This document shows positions 55,301 to 64,000 of a stretch of DNA of 64,000 bases, one piece after another. The stretch is taken from assembly GCF_009914755.1 (NCBI RefSeq), contig NC_060932.1, one strand, 5' to 3'. A program made the position numbers and the translations under genes. The stretch comes from the human T2T-CHM13v2.0 reference genome, Homo sapiens. The number at the start of each line of letters is the position of its first letter. The first letter of the stretch is position 1. The notes beneath the pieces were generated by a model that worked only from the letters and a program-made list of their open reading frames with translations, was not told the origin of the DNA and searched no databases.

Positions 55301-56230
55301 ATATGATTCATGTTTTTACTTAACCTGTTAAATCTTTTCCTTAGCTTCCTGAATATTTGGAATGCAGTTATAAAAACTGTTCCAAGGTTCTTTCTTGCTC
55401 AGTTCTGGGTTGGTTTCAATTGATTGATTTTTCTCATTATGGGTTGCATTTTCCTGCTTCTTTGCATGCCTGTAATTTTTTATTGGATGCCAGACATTGT
55501 AAATTTTACCTTGTTGGGTGCTGAGTATTTTTGTATTTCTATAAATATCTTCAGTTTTGTTTCTGATATGTAGTTAAGTTACTTGGAAACATTTTGATCA
55601 TTGCTTTTAAGATTTGGTAGGTGGGATCGAAGCAGTGTTTAGTCTAGAGCTAAGTATTCCCCACTGCTGAGGCATGACCCTCCTGACTACACAATGTCCT
55701 ATGAGTTATTAGTTTTTCCAGTTTTGCTGTGAGAGGCAGGCTATTTTCAGCCCTGTTTGCATTTCCTGTACTTTCCCTCCAACCATTTCACTTGATTCTT
55801 TTCCCAGTCTTAGTTTCTTCATGTAAATGTGCTGATCAGCACTCTGTTGAATATTCAAGACACCTGATTCAGATCTCAATAATTTTATCTCCATGCAGCT
55901 CACTTTTCAGTTACATTTTGCCCTAAGAAGTAGGGCCACTTTTACTGCCAACCTCTCAGTTTCACCTCCTCAACTCAGGGAATCTGAAAGAGTCCCCCCA
56001 GCCCCGGGCTCTCCCTTGCTGAGCCAATGCTGGGAAACTCTCTAAGAGAATCAGCTGAAAAATCACAGCATCACTGTTTGTTTCCTGTCTCTTGGAGTTC
56101 ACTTGAGAACCTAATATCCAAATATCTTGGAAACTATTTTTTTAATACTTTGTCTGCTTAATTGTTTCAGTCAGAATGGTAATCCCAGTTCCTTACTCCA
56201 TCTTGTCTAAAAGTGGCTATCTACGTATAT
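52345..56230 (-). mobile_element. Old L1M (MB/MC/MD-like) fragments, 3' end through ORF1/5' region
   Basis: cagcttaattgagatataatt 3' end; ttttaatttgcacttcctgagtgactaatga; ORF1-type ttttctctggctgcttttaagattt...cttgattatgatgtgc. Confidence 0.75.
53632..54200 (-). mobile_element. MLT1 (D/E-like) LTR inserted in L1
   Basis: tgtatttgttttctattgctgcataacaac...gtaggactgaggtccctatttccttgttggctg. Confidence 0.75.
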
Positions 56231-56270
56231 ATTTTAAAAGTCTAATATATCAAATTTTTAAAGTATGAAA

Positions 56271-56644
56271 TGATATGGTTTGGCTGTGTCCCCACCCAAA
56301 TCTCATCTTGAACAGTAGTTCCCATAATCCCCATGTGTTGTGAGAGGGACCCAGTGGGAGGTAATTTAATCTTGGGGTTGGTTACCCTCATACTGTTCTC
56401 ATGGCAGTGAGTGAGTTCTTATGAGGTCTGATGGTTTCATAAAGGGCTTTCCCCTCTTTTGCTCTGTACTTCTCCTTGCTCCTGCCATGAGAAGAAGGGC
56501 GGTTTGCTTCCCCTTCTGTCATGATTGTAAGTTTCCTGAGGCCTCTTCAGCCATGCCGAACTGTGAGTTAATTAAACTTCTTTCCTTTATAAATTACCCA
56601 GTTTCGGGTATGTCCTTATAGCAGCATGAGAAAGGACTGTTACA
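56271..56644 (+). mobile_element. THE1 solo LTR (full length)
   Basis: TGATATGGTTTGGCTGTGTCCCCACCCAAATCTCATCTTG start and ...TACA end; GAAA on both flanks. Confidence 0.93.
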
Positions 56645-57089
56645 GAAAGATATATGTGATTCTAGAGAGATGAAGCAATTGAAATAACTAAAGAATAGTG
56701 ATATCATAGAAACTGTCTTGGCTATGATGATTAGAATTTCTGCCTGTTCAACCCAAGTATGCAACATTTAAATGTTGTCTTAACTAGAGAGATCAATATC
56801 ACTCAGAACTGAGATTATCCTGGCTTTGATATTTACTATGAATGTAAAAATACTGAACTGTAAAATTCTACTCCTGAAATTTTCAGGGAGTCAGATCTTG
56901 CAAGATACTCTGAAAACCAAGTCTATACATACAATTAGAAGAGGATTTCTACAATTACCACATAGATTGAAGCTCATAAGCATATGACACTCAGAGACTG
57001 ATAGTCATCGCACTACTGATAAAATTTTATAGATCTATCTAGTAAATAAAAGTAAAGAAATTATAAAAATGAAACCTATCATTTTGTAA

Positions 57090-57722
<633 letters not shown>

Positions 57723-58056
57723 CCTTTTTCCATTCATTTTCTAAACACATCTATTGTATTCTTACCTTTTGGGTGCTCTGGAATCAAAAATGAAGACAGT
57801 ATGACCACTACCTACCCTATAGGAGGCCACAGACTAAGGGAGTTAGCATTAGTATAAAATATAAAAAAAGAAGATTCAATTTTGTACTAAAATAAAACGT
57901 TAAAATGGTGGCAATATATTTGTAGTCATGCCATATATTAATAAATAAGCTGGTTCTTAAGAACATTCAATTGGCTCATGACAACTCTTAATTTAGCTCC
58001 AGACATATAGTTTATGACTAGGTGGGATAAGTGTACTTGGAGTTGTGTGTATGTCA

Positions 58057-58101
58057 AACACACACACACGCACACATACACAGAGGGAGAGAGAGAGAGA
58101 G
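58057..58101. repeat. (CA)n(GA)n compound microsatellite
   Basis: Direct observation. Confidence 0.9.
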
Positions 58102-58180
58102 AATGTTAAAGGGTAGATAGGGAAGTCTATGTCTAACTTGCTGAAAGTTCCCCTCTGAGGATTAACTCTAGAATTTATGG

Positions 58181-58406
58181 CAGGAATCAGAAAAGGATTT
58201 AGCAAAAGACCAGATACAAAATAGTTTAGTCTTTGTGGGCCATAAGGTCTCCATCTCAACTCCTCAACTCTGCCCTTGTAGCATAAAGGCAGCTACAGAC
58301 AATATATAAACAAATGGTGTGTCTGTGCTTCAAACAAACTTTAATTACAAAAACAGGCTGGATCCCTGATCTGATGATCCAAGGGCCAGAGTTTGTGGAC
58401 ACCTGG
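58181..58406 (+). mobile_element. MER58A hAT-Charlie
   Basis: ctttgtgggccataaggtctc..caactcctcaactctgcccttgtagcataaaggcagc...caaaaacaggc...gagtttgtggacacctg. Confidence 0.8.
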
Positions 58407-59119
58407 CCTAAGGGATGGCAACTTATCAAAGAGGCAAATGACCCACGGACAGTGTATTAGTTTAAATAGGCATCAATTATTTTATGCTTTAGTATAAATA
58501 AAGGATTCAGAAGTAGCTTATGATAGCAGGAAGGGAAGGAGAAAGCATGGTGAAGATCCCTGAGAACTGAGGAAATTATCACCTACATCGTGACTTGACC
58601 GAGAGCCTGTACTATGATATATGATGCAGTGAAGCTTTTCATTTCCAAGGCCAACAATAAACTACATGGAGTGACAACATGCATTTTAGTGAATGAAAGG
58701 ACTTTCTGGGAGTGTGAGCATCAAGATTTCATTTTACTAGTGAAAGAAGGTGGTGGTAACTTTACTGAGCCCCATAGGTCGAAAGTGCTCATTAAAGTTT
58801 TATCCCTAATGAGATAAGTATGTGAAGCTTTTATATTTATCAGCCTACTTTTTAATCCCTTTTGCCTTAGAAAATATAGACTATTGTACCAGATTGATAA
58901 ATATAAAGACTTCTTAAAGTTACTACTTCAGAAAAAAAAAACAAATTCTTTTAGTTTATTTAAGCCAACTAGATCTAATATATTACTGGTATCTCGAAAG
59001 AGACAGTAGAATCTTCTATCATCCATAATAATTCCAGTGAATGACTGGCAAGATAGAAAATCTAGGAATAATTAAAATTGTAAGAGTCAACCTTAATTAA
59101 AAGCCTATTATGCACCATG

Positions 59120-59320
59120 AGAGCATTATTCATAACAACTCTATGAGGTAGAAAATAAAATTATCACCCTATTTTATAGATAAAGAAACTAAGGCACAGA
59201 GAAGTTAAGTAATTTATCCAAGAGCACACAGCTGATAAGTACCAAAGTAGGAATTCAAACCAAGGCAGTCTTCTTTCAGAGTTGCTTTCTTTAAACTCTA
59301 TGTCGCCCTGCCTCTTATCC
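59120..59320 (-). mobile_element. MIR SINE
   Basis: cataacaactctatgaggtag...ttttatagataaagaaactaaggcacagagaagttaagtaattt. Confidence 0.85.
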
Positions 59321-59484
59321 TTAGGAGACATATACCATATATCACCTTTTTTCTCTCTCTTTCTCAAGTAGTGTATATTCAGGATCAGGCTATATGTGGC
59401 ATTTAAAATTAGATATTGAGAAACTTGACCTTTTAAAAGATCAACACATAATACAGGTTGGATGCTTTAAAGGACTATGCAAGA

Positions 59485-59785
59485 GGCTGGGCGCAGTGGC
59501 TCACGCCTGTAATCCCAGCACTTTGGGAGGCCGAAGCAGGCAGATTACTTGAGGTTAAGAGTTCAAGACCAGCCTGGCCAACATGGTGAAACCCCGTCTC
59601 TACCAAAAATAGAAAAATTAACAGGGCGTGGTGATAGATGCCTGTAATCCTAGCTACTCGGGAAGCTGAGGTAGGAGAATTTCTTGAACCCAGGAGGTGG
59701 ATGGAGGTTGCAGTGAGCCGAGCTAGTGCCACTACACTCCAGCCTGGGCGACAGAGTGAGACTCTGTCTCAAAAAAAAAAAAAAA
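59485..59785 (+). mobile_element. AluSx/Sz SINE
   Basis: Full Alu with poly-A; TSD ACTATG(C/A)AAGA. Confidence 0.92.
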
Positions 59786-59839
59786 CACTATGAAAGACTT
59801 CCTTCTCTGTGTGTTTGTTACTAAACATGGTATGTTACC

Positions 59840-60160
59840 AAAGAAAATATACTTTCTTCTCTGTCTAGAACCATTTACTTGGTGATTTTCCCAAACTCAG
59901 GTCCAAACTTTCTCCTCGTCCTCCTAGTAAGCGGTCATTCCTCCTCAGCGTTGCTTAATTACCTTGTACCTACTGCCAATATGGCAAGGTTAACATTGGG
60001 TAGCAACAATTTGCTTTTATGTTTATCTTTTTCTCTGGGCTGCAAGCTCCTCACAGATAGAAAGTACATCATAATTACCTTCACGACTCTAGAATCTTCA
60101 CAGGATCTACCCAGGGAGGCCACTCGAATGCCTAATGCATGATTGAATGAATGCATGCAC
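59840..60160 (+). mobile_element. L2 3' end
   Basis: ctgggctgcaagctcctcaca...gcctaatgcatgattgaatgaatg. Confidence 0.55.
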
Positions 60161-61777
60161 CAATGCTTCCTCCAGTCAGTAGCCCCAAGATGGTTGGTTA
60201 CCCTCTCCCCAATGACAAGATAAGACAACATCCAACAATTCTAAAAATAAAATAAAATCTTTTCAAGAGTTGCTTTTTTAATCAAATACATCTGTTTCAT
60301 TTATTGCAGATGTGTGTAAGCACTGTTGGAGAGGGTATCTGGCCAGTAAACAACAAGCTCTACAACTTACACAAAGCCATGTTAATACACGCTAGCTGTC
60401 GCTGTGAAGCATATACTGTTGCTTTGTCTTTTCAGAGATACTTCCACAGGGACACAGCTATAGCCCATTTACCTCCTCTCAAGTTTTAATAATATTGTTA
60501 AGGAATTCGTTATAAGAAATTGCTAAGAACACCTAGGGGAATTGCTAAATAATTCCACAGTAGTTCTGCGTTCTGCTTGAACATCATAAGTGCTAGCTGC
60601 ATAAGACCACTGTTTTTTTTTTCATTGTGTTTTGTATTTTGTTTTGCATAAAACAATGTGAATATCACCACTGTTGTCCTTCTAAATAAAATGTTGAAAT
60701 AAATGGGATATTCAAAGCTTTCATCATGCTGGATTAAATTGCAATAAGTTTAAAATTTAAAAAGTGGTGTTTCAACTTAACACATGGGATAGGCTTCTCA
60801 AAACACTAGAGTAGAGGTAGGGGGATTGCAAAGTAATTATTTATTCTTTGCTTTGTCTTTCATGACATGAAATCCTTTGCTGAATTATTCTACTTAGAAG
60901 GTTTAGGGTTGCTTTTCTGTGATGGCATATGTATTTTTTGTTTGTTTTTGTTGTAATGCAAGATTATTTCTTTTCAAAGGGTGGTGTCACAAGAGGCCTG
61001 CTGTAAAAATCCAGAGATGCTGCCAGTAATTAGGCAGCTGGGTGGCCCAGAAATTGTCTTCATTACACTGTTGTTTCTTTGCCAGTTCTCTCTTTTCTCT
61101 CTTCTGGGAAAGGAAGAAAAAAAAAAAAAGCTTTGTTTTTCTTTACATAGTTCTTATGGCAGAATGAATAAGACTCGTTTTTGGTTTTTTGTTTCTTTCA
61201 CTCGCCAGAATCTTCTGATACAACATCAACTTCCACATTTATGATTTATAGCCCTTGCTTTGATTTATAATCGATTGTCAAAACATGTTTAATGAATGAT
61301 CAGGGCTACAGTATTTAATGTGTTAAGGGTATTCTATGCACAAATCCATGGGCTTCACATGCACAAATGCTGTCCACATGGATTAATATTGTGACTGTTT
61401 TTAAAACCAAAACAATTCTTCAATGTGCATCATTCTGATAACCAAGATAATACATGTCCAGGGCTTATAATAAATGACTGTCAGCCTAAGGGACACAGAA
61501 AAGGTTTGTTCTGTCTCTCTCTCTTTCCTTCCCTTCATCTCTGACAATTTCTTTTCTCAGTCCAACATGTGGTTGTGAGAAATAAACTACAAATGTGTCT
61601 GTGGATGCACCATGCACACGTGTGTGTCGTGTGTGGTTTGAATTCTCTTATTTGGGCATGTGAGGGAATTTGTAGCTTATGCTATGTAGGATTATAGTTA
61701 GTAGGTGTTTCATAACTGTTGGATGAACTAAATAATAAGCTTTTTGCATTTCTTTTTCAACATTTTTTGAAGCTAGA

Positions 61778-62241
61778 TGTAGTGGACCAAATGGTGGTCC
61801 CCCAAAAGATTTGTCAACATCCTAACACCCAGAACCTGTGATTATTACCTTATTATAATAAAAGATGGGATTAAGTTAAAGATCTTGATTGGAGAAATTT
61901 ATTCTGCATTAGCCTATAGGCCCTCAATGCACCATATACTCTAAAACAGAGGCAGAAGGAATTTTGAGACAAACACAGAGAGAAGGAGGTAATGTGACCA
62001 CAGAGGCAGAGATTGGAGAGATGCAGCCACAAACCTAGGAAGGCCAGCGATGCCCGGTGGCCATCAGAAACTGGAAGAGGAAAAGAACCAGTTCTCCTCC
62101 AGAGCCTCTGGGGAGAGGGCAGCTCTGCTGACACTTTGATTTCAGACTTCTGGCTCCCAGAACTGTGAAGGAATATATTCCTGTTCTATTAAGCCACCCA
62201 GACTGTGGGAATTTGTTACAGTAGCCATAGGACATTAATAT
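61778..62241 (+). mobile_element. MLT1C/D LTR (near full length)
   Basis: tgtagtggaccaaatggtggtcccccaaaagat...gaggcagagattggagagatgcagccacaa...gacactttgatttcagacttctggctcccagaactgtga...tttgttacagtagcc. Confidence 0.88.
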
Positions 62242-64000
62242 GCTGGTTAACCTCATGAATCAGGCAGGCAAGGCCTGGGTGTGCAGGAGCCTAGAAGCCC
62301 AGACCTGTGGGTAGGGTGAGGACAGCTCCGCCAGAAAAGCAGACTCACAGACAGCAGTAATACAGAGACTCGGGGAGAGCATCCTGGCCTCAGAGGTTGT
62401 TCCATGCATAGGAAATACAGCAAACAAAGTTTGATCCAGGCAAGCATTGAGTTTTTTTACGTTGACCAAAATAGTGGGTAGGGAACTGCAGCAGTAATTC
62501 AGATGGAAGAAAAAACGTGAAGTCAAATGAGCATCAGTATTAGTTATCATTAGTTAATTAGAAATACTAATAGGAGAAAACATTCATTGAAAACCCACTG
62601 TTTGCCAGGCTTTGAAGTACCATAGACCTACCATGTAGGTTTCATTGATCTCTCTTCACACTTTATAATAAGCGCAAAACTAGGATTCAAATTCAAGTAG
62701 ATCTGACTCCTATTCTAGGTTTTTCACTATGGTGCTACATATTCTCACTCCGCTGTACTACCCCAGTCAGGACTGTACTATTAATAATACACAGCAGACT
62801 GCAGGCCCAGTGGGGCAGCATGTTGATAGGAACTGGACAGTGTCAAGATTCTGTCTAGTTCTGGATGAAATTCCAGACCTATCAAAGAGAGAGAACAATG
62901 CCATGGAGGAGAAATGAGTGTGGGGCTTCCAGTAAACTACATTCAAATTCGGGCTTGGCACTGGTGGGCTGCCTGATCTCTAGCCCACTTCCTTATCTTT
63001 GTAATGTGAGCAATAATATCTATCCCGCAGAATCAATCCAAGAGAGGATATATGCAAGTCAAAAGCCTGGTTCAATATCTAACAAGAAAAATGATTTCCT
63101 GTCTCATGGTAGGGTTTGAAGGAAATTGCACAAAACCATAATAGGCATTTGTATTGGCTAGTATAAATTACAGTGAGCACAGCCTTAAGTATTATGCTCT
63201 ATTTTTGAAGTAAACATTGAATTTAATTAAAACTATATAAAATCAAAGAAGGCTTGGTGAAATGGTCACTTGATTAGAAATCTGATCTCCGACATCTCTA
63301 GGTTTCCTGTCTATGCAATTAACTCCAATAGATTTGAGAAGCACTTGGATTTCATCGAAAGTAAGGGATGTTATTTATTACAAATATAAATAAATATTCC
63401 AGAGCTGACCTGTATTCTGACAACCAACACATATTAGGCTACATTTGATGTAATATTGATTTGCCTTCCTTGTCAGACTTTTGGGGTATAAGATTTGGCA
63501 TCAACTTCTTGAGGTCCATCAGTCTTTCAGGCAGAGCTCCTTACAAGTACACAGTACTCATATTCCAATGGCATTATTTGGTAACTTAAAAAATATTAAA
63601 TATAAAAATTTTGTGCCCTTGAATGTATTTTAATTGAAAATTACAGAGATGATCTGAAGTATAGGCTCTTTGGGATTGAAGAAGGAAGAGTTTAGTATTT
63701 TTTTCTTATTTTTCAAAAAAGCAATAATGAAACATGTACGTATAATGGAGTAAAAATTAATGAATAGATACTTTTTCTATTCATTAGTATGAACAGATTA
63801 CAAATTCAAGTATGAATACATACTTCAAATAGAATGATTTAATGGTTGACTCAAAAATAAAGACTTTATAAAATTCTTCATTTGTCTTAATGCACTGCAT
63901 TCTCATAGTTTCTCATAAAATTTTAATTATCACCTAACTTAAAAAAAAACACTCTGGAAGTTTATGAGCTGTGAAAGTTTCAGAAGCAAAGATGATGTTT

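Overview
Primate (very likely human or other hominoid) AT-rich non-coding genomic DNA, either intergenic or deep intronic. No credible host protein-coding exon, RNA gene or CRISPR array is visible, and almost all ORFs in the track are noise or transposon remnants. The main structure is a TSD-flanked HERV-L provirus on the minus strand (17993-27296; MLT2A1 LTRs; degenerate gag-pro-RT-RNaseH-IN-dUTPase). It sits inside an older MLT1 LTR and is itself interrupted by an AluS and a twin-primed L1PA7 that share one endonuclease site. The rest is Alu, L1, L2, MIR, MaLR/ERVL LTR and DNA-transposon fossils with a few repeat-free, motif-rich stretches. I do not see a new multi-gene biological system. 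The most unusual signals are repair and retrotransposition scars: a deletion in a short L1PA4 filled with sequence copied from the neighbouring HERV-L, a fold-back hairpin with flank-templated filler in an L1MA, and a probable 3' transduction. There is also a speculative MLT2A1-driven spliced minus-strand transcript. Repeat subfamily calls come from remembered consensus sequences, not a database search.
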